A DNA stretch of 64,000 bases from NCBI GenBank assembly GCA_964016885.1, contig OZ024749.1:49786001-49850000 (forward strand), written 5' to 3'. This document shows, one piece after another, positions 42,700-56,290 of this stretch; within the stretch, counting starts at the first letter, position 1, and every line of letters begins with the position of its first letter. The DNA is from Eledone cirrhosa. Its lineage: Eukaryota. Position numbers and translations under genes: made by a program. The notes under the pieces are model-generated. The model did not search any database and had not been told where the DNA came from. It worked only from the letters and a program-made list of their open reading frames with translations.

Positions 42700-44824
42700 G
42701 CACCTGTATGTGTATGTCAGTAGACGAGCGTGGGCTGATTCGATGGTTTCGAAATGCGACATCATACATCGATATGATGATGTAGACATAATGTGTATAT
42801 CTACGGTGATGTGTGCAAACTTTAGACGAAATATATAAATAGAATCTTAACTTCACACCACCAACAAACCGTTTCTGCACACACACATAAACACCCACCA
42901 TTGCACACACATATATATCAATTTCGTTGCCATAAAAATCATTCGTTGGTTGAAACCGATAATCTCATTCTCAGTTACATTCATGCCATTACAATTAATA
43001 AAGCATTTTATTTTATTTGTAAAACCATTATTTACCAAAATGCATATAACCTGACTGCATGCTGGTCGAAACAAGAGTAAATCAGAAATGTGCAAATCTG
43101 AGTGGTGATCATATGCAGCTTAATATATATGAAGCGTAAACATGAAAACTGGTCATTTATATTACTGATGCTGCTATCGATGTCAGCTATAAGTAACCCC
43201 TTCCAATTTCTGCTAAAATTGTGCAGATTTTATTCTAATGGGAGAACCCTTATATAGGCATCCAAACGACTCTATTTTGAGGTATTGTAATTGGCTCTTG
43301 CAGAGAACCATTCCTTTACGTCTCAATATGTCGCTGTTCATTTCAATATTCGCCATATGGAAATTGGAATTACTTGAAGATTTAATCTCAGAAAATGTAT
43401 ACCACATGCACCTTCTTTAGTGAAGCGCCTACACGGTATTGATTATCGTGAGGTATAAATGATAAACCCGAGTAAATGTTGGGAGAGTATTAGTTATCGG
43501 CTATATGACATCTATATTCGTTCACAATGATATGCACGATCAGTAGCGTTAGCATAAAAGTTACCTTGTCGGAGGCTACTGCAAATATGATTACCCCTTT
43601 GAGAAAATAGCTCCGTCCTTGGAAGAGAAACCCATTCATTCTCGATGACACGTATCCGAAATGAACCCAGAGAGAAAATCATAACTCCATACACCATTTA
43701 CTTCCTGTCTCTCCAATTTTATTTGTCTATGTAGTGAAAAATTATTGTTATATACGTAGATTTTCACCCTGAAAAGATCATGGAAAAAGTTATTCTCAAA
43801 CTGTCTCACTGAAGCCTAAAGAGATTTATATATATATATATATATATATATGTGCAGCTTATGATCTTAGGAGATGAAATAACGAATTCATATACTAAAT
43901 GCATTTTACCACTATCTTGAAATGCTTCTCAATTAAGCAAACTTAATATGTGAAGCCTGCATTAAATGTGCATGCTAATTGATCTGAAATATCGAGTTAC
44001 GATATCTCATGAGACCAAATTCCAATCAGGTCAAATTTAACATTGAACCCCTCTTCTATCGATTTCTACTACTTTGCCTTTCTCCCAAATGTTGCTAGCC
44101 AAGTACATAATTTTTGAAAAATCAGTATTTGGAGCCGTTACTATTAAGACTGAAAAGAAAAAAAACTACTCTTGATTATAAATTTACACAAATACTAATT
44201 CACTCATTAAATAATTATGACAAGCCGAATAAAGATGAACACGTTAAATTTATATTGTTTGAAATTGTTTACTTGGAAATAGTGATTTCAAAATTATTAA
44301 GAATTAAGAACAAATATATGAGAAGAAAACTAATTCCACCATCATCCGCAGGACAATAGAAACAACAACGACAATAAAAACGATTAGACGATAACAAAGC
44401 AGTAAATTATATAAATCTATTTATTTCTATAATAAAACTGTCAAAGTCGTATTCTGAAAACCTCCTTACATAATTACAATTGCGATCACGTATCTTAGTA
44501 TTAAAGCATAATACTAAGTACGCTCAATGAAAAATACGAAAAGGTCGGTAAGGCTAATTAAAATATTTTATTTTCAATTAGATATTTTCTAGAATTAATT
44601 CTAGTATAACAGCGGCAACAAGAAATACATAGATACAAAAACAATATATCAACAACAAAACATCAGTGTTGATAATATATTTCCTCTAAATTACGAAAAT
44701 ACAAACATATGTATATATTAGTGTATACATAATATATATGGTCAATGACTTTATTTTAACAAAGAGATAAATCACATATACACTTTTGCATCTATATATT
44801 AGGAGCTGGTGCAAGATCATATAT

Positions 44825-44877
<53 letters not shown>

Positions 44878-45001
44878 GGAGGTGAGTTTTATTGTAGTAC
44901 AATAAAGCAATGCAGATATCGGATAAGAAGCACTCTACAGTTTGTAGGACTGGAGTATACATAATATATAAGATCAAAAGATGGTTAAAGGAGTTCCATG
45001 T

Positions 45002-45070
45002 ATTTTATTATGCGCATTTCAAAAACAAACATCATCATGCAATAATATTTGTGTTTTCATCAGATAAAAC
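45002..45070 (-). ncRNA. Type I hammerhead, family L (distant relative of A)
   Basis: gttttat CUGAUGA aaacacaaata...tgtttgttttt GAAA ugcgca UA^ ataaaat. Helix III region is the palindrome ATGCGCAT, with C.U at pair 4 of helix II. The host segment runs to (TA)n at about 44875. Confidence 0.88.
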
Positions 45071-45124
45071 AGGAGGACATGATGTGAAGGCTAACAAACA
45101 CTTGTGGATAGTGCAGTTTTAAAT

Positions 45125-46190
45125 CAACATATGTTAGATGTTCTCGAGTTGGCAGCCGGAAGAACCTCTTTGCTTTTACTCCAAACGGAAACACAAAGAA
45201 TATTGTATACCGTGAAGTTTTATAGGGTTTGTTGCTTCAAAACGACAATGTTACACCGACTACCTTAAATATATAGCGTCTACGAAACCTGTATTCTACA
45301 TCGATGCAGTGCATTCTGTTGACACCTAGGCCTCTAGGGACCAGCATTGCTCGCAAATCAAAGCGGACTCTGAAAGCGATGCTTTCGATTGTTAAGGACG
45401 ACCCTCCAATCGCTGACAAGTCCGGTCTTTAATACATATATACACACAACGTGGCGCATACATACAACTATTGTACCCGTCATTTCTTTCATTGCATTCC
45501 GACATAGACAACACGCAGCAAGAGCATTTCTGGTGCGTCGAAGTCAACTTTCGTCATCATTCTCAATTGCATATGAAGATGCAATAGAGTCAGCATTTCT
45601 GTTTTGTTGATTTCAGCGATTCTTTTTTGTGGATATGGCTTTTTCTGCAGCTGTCCACTTTGCATGCTGTGGCTGTCTATAATCTGCCCGTCAAACTCGC
45701 CATGGGTATGTTATGAGTTCTTCATAGTTTATACTTAAACATCTACGCTATTACATTGACAACATTTTTTTATCACAGGTTGGAAACTCTTCAATGCTGC
45801 CTGCCCCATCGACTTCGGTTAACGCATTTTTTTTTTCTTTCATGTCCATCCAATTTCTTTGTTTCAAAATAACTGATAGTTTGGTTACGCTGATATTTTT
45901 CTCTGAGACAAGTGTTGCAGTGTTTACATTTTCGATTATTGTTTCGATTATTGTATTGATTACCAGTGCATTTTCTATCCTCATCACCCTCTTTGTTTTA
46001 ACATTCCGGTTATTGTTATGTTTTCTTAACTTCATAAGGCATACGGTTGGTTGAGGGAATATTAATCAACAGTACCACATGAAATTCTACACTGTAGACT
46101 CTACAGTTTTTAAGCCAAGAAAGGAACTTAACATTGTAACTTTAACAGAGCTACTGATCAGCCGCAAGCAACGCCGGGCTTTACTGCTAG
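45125..46190 (+). mobile_element. Helitron 3' remnant (end of Rep/Hel ORF plus 3' terminus)
   Basis: 45130-45225 translates YVRCSRVGSRKNLFAFTPNGNTKNIVYREVL*, matching the Pif1-like helicase motif VI and the Helitron C-terminus. 46161-46190 gccgcaagcaacgccgggctttactgCTAG|T is a typical hairpin plus CTAG end. The interior between them is unassigned. Confidence 0.75.
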
Positions 46191-46191
46191 T

Positions 46192-46287
<96 letters not shown>

Positions 46288-46394
46288 GCGTAATATGCGC
46301 AGCATAAAGTGATCTACGCATATAGGAACGCCAATCTCAATGAACCTTGGACACCAAATAAATAACAATATATATAAATAAAATGAATGATAAA

Positions 46395-46470
46395 ATAATT
46401 GTTTCTACTTTTGACACAAGGCCAGCAATTACCCAGTGCATTACTGGTACTTTATTTTATCGACCCCGAA
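46395..46470 (-). mobile_element. Deu/Nin SINE 3' fragment with TSD and a local 30-bp duplication
   Basis: gaatgataaaataa occurs at 46385, 46468 and 46498. Confidence 0.8.
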
Positions 46471-47115
46471 TGATAAAATAAATATTTTATCGACCCTGAA
46501 TGATAAAATAATGATACAATATCAATAACAGAATGACAAAACGTAATAAATTAGAGATTTAAATACCCTAGAAATATTACATAATAAATGATTATCTGAA
46601 ATCAAAGAAGGGTTCAAAGAAGAAACATTTGCTGGTTGACAAAGGAGACGTTCACATAAAAAAGACAGAAGTTCTTTGAAGATAACAATCTTTACGATTG
46701 AAACACAAAGTGATTTTCTATAGAATTTCTGAAATGAAATAGAAATCATTGCGTCACCAGGAGGAAAGCATATAGAAGTATTCACAGAAAATGTGTGAGA
46801 GTTAACTAATCATCATATCAGATAATGTTTAAAATATTGAACACGAGTGAATAATCGTTTGAAAGTAGGAAACTGCCCTAAAATTGTAAAATTATATTAT
46901 TGAAATATTCGAAATAAGACAATTCCCTGAACTTCACATACTATTACTTATTAGAGACATATAATGGCACTAGCAAAGATACATATCGTAACCTTGACTA
47001 GATAAGAGATATCAACTTAGAAGCTCTAGGAAAGTATGTTAATCCCTAAAAATTCAAAGCTTAAAAGGAATAAAAAAACAACTTACTTTCATCCAGTGTA
47101 TAGAATAATGCCACA

Positions 47116-47298
47116 GGCAGTATCGTTAGAGGGCCGGACGCCAAGCTTTGCAGCAAAGATTTACGTCCCTTTATGGTCTGAGCTCAAATCTCGCCGAGGT
47201 TAACGTTGCCATTCATCATTACGGGGTCGACAACATAAAGTACCAGTAGTACATTGAGGTAACCGCTGGCCGTTTGACAAAAGTAGAAGCAATTATTA
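47116..47298 (+). mobile_element. Diverged Deu/Nin SINE
   Basis: ggcagtatcgttagagggccggacgcc...tacggggtcga...agtagaagcaattatt. Confidence 0.82.
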
Positions 47299-47389
47299 TG
47301 CAGAAGATAACTTTACACGTGGGAATAGATAATACCTATGTGATGCATAAGACTAGTGCTTAAAGGTACACGGGAATGCAACACCTACG

Positions 47390-47449
<60 letters not shown>

Positions 47450-48190
47450 TATCTCTATATCTAATAACTTATAGCAAAATGATAATTATCACGGCTGCGC
47501 ACCGATTGCACCACCGAATAAGAAGTAGAAATACTATTTCAATCCGGAATAAAGAATATATAGGGTTAGAAATGTAAGACAACAATATGTGAAAATACCA
47601 TTTCAACTACTAAGCATACAGAAAATATGGAACCCTCAAAGAAATTTAGAAATATCTCCCCCAAAATCACAAAACAAAAGCTTATGAACAAGGTAAGAAA
47701 AAAGGAACGGAACGATTTGCTAATAAGTTTGCAAGTAATGCTGAATTGACCCCACATCAAAGGAGACCAAACTGAGTCCGATAATCGCCCCAGAGCTAAC
47801 TTGAGAGTGATTAATTTCCTAGAAATTACTATCTATGGTCATAGACAATTGTCAGCATAACCACATTACATTTATTATCGATTACATGTCCTACTCTCGG
47901 GCAATTTGCCTAAATTAGTCCCTTTTCCTCTTTCGTATTTCTATCAAAATCCCTACATCCTTACTAGGTACCATCTTCCTCTTCACATTCTCCGTATCCT
48001 CCACCCATTCATGTCGTTCTCGAATAACTTTGGATCTCACTTTCTCATCCTTCTGTTACTGCTACGTACCATCTCTAATACATACCCATCCGATCCACAA
48101 ATAAATACATACAACACACACACGGATCTATCTGTCGAAACGGTCGGAGCTCAGCTATCGGGGTCCCGACTCTTTATCTCTTTATCTATC

Positions 48191-48286
<96 letters not shown>

Positions 48287-48500
48287 GAGCAAAAATCGCG
48301 AGCACTCTATCTCAAAATTAATTTTGAAAAGCATAAGAAATGCGCAACTGGTAAAAACTAAAAACTAAATCTGAATACAAACTAATACTTATTACTAATT
48401 TATACTTATTCCTAATGAAATAATCTCTCACTGGAGAAAAATTGTCAGCATTTTCTTTCCCTTTTTACAAATATATCACAACTCGTGTGTTAAACCTCTA

Positions 48501-48536
<36 letters not shown>

Positions 48537-48619
48537 CACTGGGAGATTGCAAACTTGACTGAACATGAATCTGACTGAATATGATTCCTTTGTTATATAT
48601 ATATATATATATATATATA

Positions 48620-48870
48620 TAACAAAGGTATTGGGTAAGGAACCAGATGGACCATGACGCACCAGACTACTCAATACTTATGGTGGTAGAGCGGGAAATA
48701 GGAAAAAGAGCTCAATCCGTTTCGACGGCTATTCTGGACTAAATTACAATTTTTAGCCACGGTCAGTAAATACTCGAACTTTTCAAGGGGATACTTCCTT
48801 ATATGGGAAGATTGTAGTTGTCAAGAGGATTGGTTAAAATGTGTTGTAAACACGAATAATAATATTTCTA
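48620..48870 (-). mobile_element. Family D copy with the HHR 5' core (UUGAAAA) and a deletion removing the cleavage site
   Basis: Minus strand: atcccc UUGAAAA gttcgagtatt...gaatagccgtc GAAA cgga. The GUC and 3' helix I segment is missing. Confidence 0.75.
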
Positions 48871-48891
48871 CAAGTATATATATATATATAT

Positions 48892-49091
48892 ATAACGAAG
48901 GAAATGTGTTAAGGAACTTGATGGACAATAAAGCACCAAAGTACTCAATACTTAGGGTAGTAGAGTGGGTAATAGGAACGAGTAGGACCCCGACGTACCA
49001 TCTCTAATACCGTTTCGACGGCTAATTCTGGACGTCCAGAATTAGCCGTGAAACGGCTTGAGCCCAGCCGTCGGGGTCCTACTCGTTCCTA
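48892..49091. mobile_element. Family D fold-back copy with zero-length hinge
   Basis: ...aattctggac|gtccagaatt... The left arm helix III is replaced by gtaccatctctaata, which also occurs at about 48066-48080. Confidence 0.88.
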
Positions 49092-49123
49092 TATACACAT
49101 ATATATACATGTATATATATATG

Positions 49124-49195
<72 letters not shown>

Positions 49196-50269
49196 TTTAT
49201 ATATATATATACGTTTGTATGCGTGTATGTCTGTTTGTTCGTGTGTATGTATCGGTAAACATTTCAAAATTATATTTCATACGTCTCGTTAAATGGTTAA
49301 ATTTTCTCGGAAAAATAAGATTTATTTTGCTCATACAACAGGCTTTTGTTCTCCGCCATGTATCGTTCAACATATCTATAACCACGTAGTATAAAAGGCA
49401 TTGAACTGTTGGTTGATCCGTAAGAAACTGCAATCTATGAAGCTATTATTCACCAATTACGATACAAAATAAAATAAAATACATGTTATAGCTTCCACGA
49501 ATGCCTGAAGCACAAATGTGACGTAAATTAAATATATCAGTAAATCGGTTCCACGTTTATGATTTTCTTGTCATTGCTTCTCCATTAAATTACTTGTATG
49601 AATTTAAAATGCAACAAATTGCAAGCGAGACAAACAAAGAAATTATAAAATATTGAATACTGAATGTTGCTCATGGCATCAAGATAAAAACTGTTTGTTC
49701 ACAATAAAGACAAATCATTTCAGTAAATCTTTCAATTGTTGTAACTGCAGACTTTTTAGTGAATATTTTTATTTGATTTTTCTAATCTCTAAACAGTTCT
49801 TTCAAGTAGAATTGCATTGATTTTCACCTTATGTTGAACAGCTGGAAAGTATGAACAAAAACACGCAAAAATATTGTAATTTTTCGCGCAAATAGTAATA
49901 AGAACAAACAGTAAAATATTATAGCTTAGATCTGAAGGATTGTTGATATGAATTTTTAAGAAGCAGATGTTATATGTTATACTATTGAAACATTTGGAGG
50001 GATAACAACCATACCCCTCTCCATTATTATAATATTGAAAAATGTCTCGTCCTTATATATTTCATATGTACCTATCATTCCTCTTCCCTTAACCTCCTTT
50101 ACATCTCCCATATATGTCAAATACCAGAGGAGAATAAGTTTGAAGCCAGAGTATATATTAAACTTTTTATGTTATAATATTTCTCTATTCAACCGCGATT
50201 AAAGTGACAAAAATACAATGTCAATAATATCCCTAATTGAGATTCAAATGAATAGACATTTAGCCATCT

Positions 50270-50322
<53 letters not shown>

Positions 50323-50860
50323 AGAAAGCGGTAGAAATTATGAGAGATAGATCTATGATTTAGCACTATACTCGAAGATTCATTGACAATTATTATACGT
50401 ATGATTGTATAGACATTTTAATATATCATTCCTTTTGATGAATATACTTTTAATGCAGAAAATATTGAGATATTTATTACTAAGATGTTATAGTTATATG
50501 AATATTAGTTTCCCATAGAAATAAAAAAGCTTTTGTTCGCATTATTACTTTAAACAGGGGCGAAAAAACTAACGTTTTTCTTTTCACCATTCATGGTTCT
50601 ATCTAATATGGGGTAATATTTCTTCTCCCTGGGCACCAAGAAATGAAATAACGTGCACTTATTTCTGGTGAAAAATGTGTAGATAAATCCGTATTAATTT
50701 AGGAAGTGGCCACAAGCATATGGTAGTAAAATAATTGACGGAATCGTTGTATAACATATCGTGCTATGGTCTACCGTATAATAATATTTATTCTGCACAT
50801 TACTATACTCTGCCACATTCAAATTAATTATTCCGTGTATTTGATTGGACTACTAGAACA

Positions 50861-51320
50861 TCATCATCATCAAGTCGAGCTTAATACGACACGTTTCCTC
50901 CATCCATCTCTGTCCCTCATAGCATTTGCCAGTTCTTCCGCAGTGCATCCAGTATCGTCCTCAAGTTGCTTGAAGTATTTCTTCTTGGGACGACCAGCGA
51001 TTCTTGCTCCATGAGATGGACTCCATAACAACACATCATCTGCTATTTCTTCCTTGCTCCTCAGTTGGTATGCGAAGTCTAAACGGCGATATAATCAAGC
51101 AAGTTGACGAATTCAAATACCTGGGTAGTTATATCGCCTCCACAGAATATGATTTTAACATCAGACTGGGAAAAGCCTGGGGGGCATTGAATGCAATGGA
51201 AAAGATATGGAAATCAAACCTGCCGGCCAAACTGAAAAGGAGTTTCTTCAGAGCTGATGTGGAATATGTCCTTGTTTATGGCTCTATCACTTGGACGCTA
51301 ACATCGAAACTGGAGAAAAA
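50861..51320 (-). mobile_element. RTE-type LINE insertion with 5' inversion and 13-bp TSD
   Basis: Minus strand about 51063-50875 encodes LRSKEEIADDVLLWSPSHGARIAGRPKKKYFKQLEDDTGC..AMRDRDGWRKRV..* followed by a (GAT)n tail. Plus strand 51070-51320 encodes IKQVDEFKYLGS..RLGKAW..IWKS..LVYGSITWTLT. TSD gactactagaaca at 50848-50860 and 51321-51333. Confidence 0.93.
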
Positions 51321-52063
51321 GACTACTAGAACACTGGACAATAAATAGCTTGATGTTCTACGAGATGAATGTATGTATATTTTTGTTCTCTATATGTTTC
51401 ATTTATATAAATTATACTAGTGATATAATAGTGCATAGATCTTTTACCTTTTAGTATCCGGTTCTAAATATTTTATAAGTATATATGCATACCTCGGAAG
51501 AACGGAATCATATGAGAGGTATATGCATGATATGCACGAGCTGAAACTACATGCACATGAGTATATAATAAACTATTGTGTGATTCTATATATTTCCGCT
51601 ACTAACTGCAGTGCAAAAGAAATTACGCACAGGCACAAACACATACACAGAACACATCACCTTAAACTGACATTGAGAATTAAGAAAAACAACCCCACTC
51701 ATATATACACACACAATTTATGTGTCTTACAAAGGCACAGAAACACATATACATTTATATATACCTAAAAATAGAGATGTAAATCTATAAACTGACACCT
51801 TACTATTTATACAAACGAAGCAATACAAGGTGTATGTACCATCCTTTAATAATACATAAATCAATAATTGAATAGTAACAACACATTTACGGTGCATCGT
51901 CTGTGTTTTGTTTGTCTGGACACTCAAGAAGACGCAGCTTATCACTTAAGCACAACACTTACTAATCTGATTAAATATCTTCATTGCTGAATGCATACAC
52001 ATTTCTATCCATCACACATGCACACTCTCTCATACACACACATATATATATATATACATGCGT

Positions 52064-52101
<38 letters not shown>

Positions 52102-52950
52102 GTAGTGTATGTTGTGTGTATGCGTGTATTTGTGTCACTATCTTAATATAAACTTATCTACATTTCGCAATTTGACATTAATAACTGTTGAACATCATTG
52201 AAAGTTTTGTATGGTTAAATGCTTATAATAGTGAATTACAATTCTGCATGAAAGATATAATTATAATGTGGTCATATTTATAATATACTGTTTGTTTTGT
52301 ATCAGAAACGGCTTACTAATTTTGGCTGCACAAATTAACTGAGAGTATCACGATCGATAAATATTTCTTTACTTTTATATATTTATGAATAGTAAATGTA
52401 GGAAACCGTAGTCATCGCTTGACCTAAATACTATAGCAATTCTAAAATATTCGAAAACTTTCTGTTCATATTTAAATTGTACCAATGGCTATATGTATAG
52501 GTAAATTGCAAGTGTCCGTGCGGGATATTTAATAGGGTTGTACATTTTTAGGATTCCATACATATGAATGTATGTATTCATGTATGCGTGCATATGTATT
52601 TATCGGGATATGCGCGTTCTGCAGGTTCTTGAAAATATATGTACAGCTTAGAATGAATGAGTTTAATGCAGGCGATGCGATGTGTCCGTCAGAATAAAAT
52701 TATATTTCACATTGCTTTAGTGCCCTCAACAGAGAGTATATGATGTACCTGTAATAGACACGCCTAGTCTTTTCATACAGTCTGTGAAATCGCACTGGAT
52801 CCGTTTGTCAATTACTTTCAGGAATCGCTTGTCAATAGAATACTAAACTACTTGCAGTTTATTAGCATGTGCACGAATCTTTCCCGAGGGTGAAGCTAGA
52901 ACATTTGTCGTTGAAGAATACATATGTATATATTTGTGTTTGTGTCGGTG

Positions 52951-53230
<280 letters not shown>

Positions 53231-53967
53231 CCTCTAGTTAAAATTCATAAAATATTAAACCTGGATATTGAATTATTTATCGATTAGTTTACTTTCATTT
53301 AGAATACTCTATTTAGTCGTGTAGACTGTAGGTATAGCTAGCAAGCTCGAGTGATTCTACAATACTAGGATAGAACTTACGCAAATGTTTTATTACTGAT
53401 TGAAAATCGTTATTTAGCTATCAGTTTAATCATATTGTGTTATAGTCACCCAATATATAGATACGCATATATTAATGTGGCGAGTTGTGACGAGTTTACT
53501 GATTAGATATTTAAGCAATTTGGGTTATGTTTTATGTTTAATTAATATGGATATACATTAAACACCAACGTAAAATACAATGGTGTTTCCAATTATGAGT
53601 CGTAATTGTATTGATTCGTAGCTTTCCGCATTAAACATTCCTCAAGAAAGAAGTAACGTTTGAAGTACTACATTTTATAATTTACATTGCAACATATCTA
53701 TCATAGATTTGGTTCATTGAGTATAATTCTCTATAGAAATCATTACATACAATGTGATATGTTAAGTTAGTCTACTTAATCTCTTAGTCATCAAACACAT
53801 TACTATATATATGTTAAGGAATATTATATACGATTTGTATATGCATGTGAAATAGGATACTAATCAACTATCCTCGCTCCCCATCACCCTCCACATAAAC
53901 TTACACACACATACCCACACACACACAAACACACACACACAGATATATAAATATATATATGTATATA

Positions 53968-54285
53968 GATTTTGAGTTTATGTTGGGTGTATACCAACAC
54001 CTCTGTATGCAGGCTAGAGCACTCGACCAAGTGTGCAGGTTGGTTTGGTTACTCCGGAGTAGTGTAAAATAAAGTTAAATAAAAGTCAAATGATTAAAAT
54101 TTAGCTTCGTTTATTACTGCTATATATATTTCAGTGACAGCCATATTTGGCTGTGACCTCTTCAGGCAGTTTGAATTAGTATGGTATATACAAGTACATA
54201 TGTCGTTTAGCTGTATAATATTGTCAATACTCTGATATGCCCAGTTCCTTGTTGGGTTGTTATTTAAATGGGGTACTGGAGTGAT
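53968..54285 (-). mobile_element. Most complete family H element
   Basis: Contains the segments seen at 8500, 32541 and 34487. Flanked by (TA)n. Confidence 0.85.
54116..54170 (-). ncRNA. Intact type I hammerhead, family H
   Basis: actgc CUGAAGA ggtcacagcc-aaatat-ggctgtcact GAAA uauaua UA^ gcagt. C.C mismatch at pair 4 of helix II. Confidence 0.9.
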
Positions 54286-54299
54286 ATGTATATATATAT

Positions 54300-54334
<35 letters not shown>

Positions 54335-55791
54335 ACCTATAACCATTGAGCCTCAAAAAGAACATTTTCGAAATTCATGTTTAGTGATCATAGGATCCTT
54401 TGATTGTCTCGTGTCAGGTCTGGTATTAGATCAATATTTCTCTTGTTTACATAATACCATCCAAACATTTTAACAGTAAATAAATAAATAACATAAAAAC
54501 CATTATTCCAGTAACTAATATAAATATTGTTGTATCACCTCCTGCACTTAGAGACATATCTTATCAAACCTCTCATGGCATTTACGTCTTCCCACATAAC
54601 ATTATTCTATTTGAATGGAATTTGAAATCTGCTCTAAGATCGTATCTATCTACATGATTAACATGGAAGCTCTGGGCATTGGCTTCTCCATCGTTCGACG
54701 TCCACTTGGCGCTGCTTGTCATGACGTTACCAAATCTTTGTTTAGCGCGTAATCAGTTTAAGTCAGCTTAAGGTTTGTTTAAGTGCTAATTTCAATTTAT
54801 CGTGACATACAATCACCTTCACATCGCCATTCCCACTTTCAAGTGACATTTGTTCACATTGAAAAATCTGTGTTCTAGATTAAAATTTCAAATAGTGCAA
54901 TATTGAGCAGCTTACATTCTTTAACAAATATTTGCCATGTCATCACATTCAGACAAAGGTCATGAAATACTATCACGAGCATTTCATTGATTTTCTAAGA
55001 ATTTCCAATAAATTGTTTAACTTATTTTATATTGTGATTTAACACTCGGTCAAATGCAATTGAGCAGAATTGTAGTATAAGCCAACATCAGTAGATACAT
55101 TCATTTCATCTGATATTCCGGTATTTAGTATATTTAGTCTAAATGATATTTTGTATTAAAATGTTGGATTATTCGAGGGGGTGCTGGATCATATGAGTTG
55201 TGTTTTATTTGATTGGAATCAGATGGTCTTACAAATAAACACATCGCATGATGAATTATAAATGTTGCTGCCAAAGAAGAGCGCCATACATTATATTAGA
55301 TATTGATGAATGTGTATATACATATGTATACGTGTATGTATGTCTGCATGTTTGTATATCTATGTATGTTTATATGCCTTTTATAGGAAGACTATTACGA
55401 TAGAATTTCGCTGTTAGATCTTCAAATTATGATAACAAAATTAATCAGATCTTAACATATCTGAAAAATTAATGAGATCTTAACATATTTTGGGATACAT
55501 CACTTTATCAAAATGATTATTCAGAAAACCAATAAATATATATATATTTATATATATATATATATATATACATTTTTTATATATATTTATATATTTATTT
55601 ATTTATTAATATAACAGATTAAATGTTAAGCAAATCCTCACTGATTTCACCCTTAATTATAATAAGACTAAAATCCAAAGAGAGCAGGATAAGGATAACA
55701 ATATATCAAATATTTATTAAAATAATAGATTAAAGTTTAAGCAAAAATCACTGCTTTCACCCTTAACGGGATCTTCTGAAGATATATATAT

Positions 55792-55846
<55 letters not shown>

Positions 55847-55854
<8 letters not shown>

Positions 55855-56052
55855 TATTCAATTTTATGTTGCTTTAAAATATATTTTTTACATTTAAATA
55901 ATACAAGTAGAATACTTAGACGCTCTCAGAATACGTATAATTATAAATGTAAGTAATATTGAAGTATTGCGAAAACAGGAATATCTTTAATTCGGAAGGA
56001 AGACATCCTTTCTGTCGATAAACTACATAGCAAAACTCTATCGACATCAATC

Positions 56053-56087
<35 letters not shown>

Positions 56088-56290
56088 TGATGTCGATAGA
56101 GTTTTGCTATGTAGTTTATCGACAGAAAGGATGTTTATCCTTCCGAATAAAAGATATTCCTGTTTTCGCAATACTTCAATATTACTTACATTTAAAATTA
56201 TACGTATTCTGAGATCGTCTAAGTATTCTACTTGTATTATTTAAATGTTAAAAATATATTTTAAAGCAACATAAAATTGAATATAATAAA
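55847..56290. repeat. Near-perfect inverted duplication (~205-bp arms) centred on (TA)n
   Basis: 55847-56051 is the reverse complement of about 56084-56290 with few differences. The left arm abuts another (TA)n tract. Confidence 0.92.

Noticed and set aside
42770-42845. ATGATGA...GAAATATATA hammerhead-like spacing
   Set aside because: C3 is absent and helices I and II could not be paired convincingly.
43512-43697. GC-richer short minus-strand ORF with a GGTAA donor-like site
   Set aside because: No clear acceptor and no recognisable protein motif.
44910-45122. ORF read as the upstream part of the Helitron helicase
   Set aside because: The resemblance is weak, and the opposite strand is fully explained by an intact hammerhead (45002-45070).
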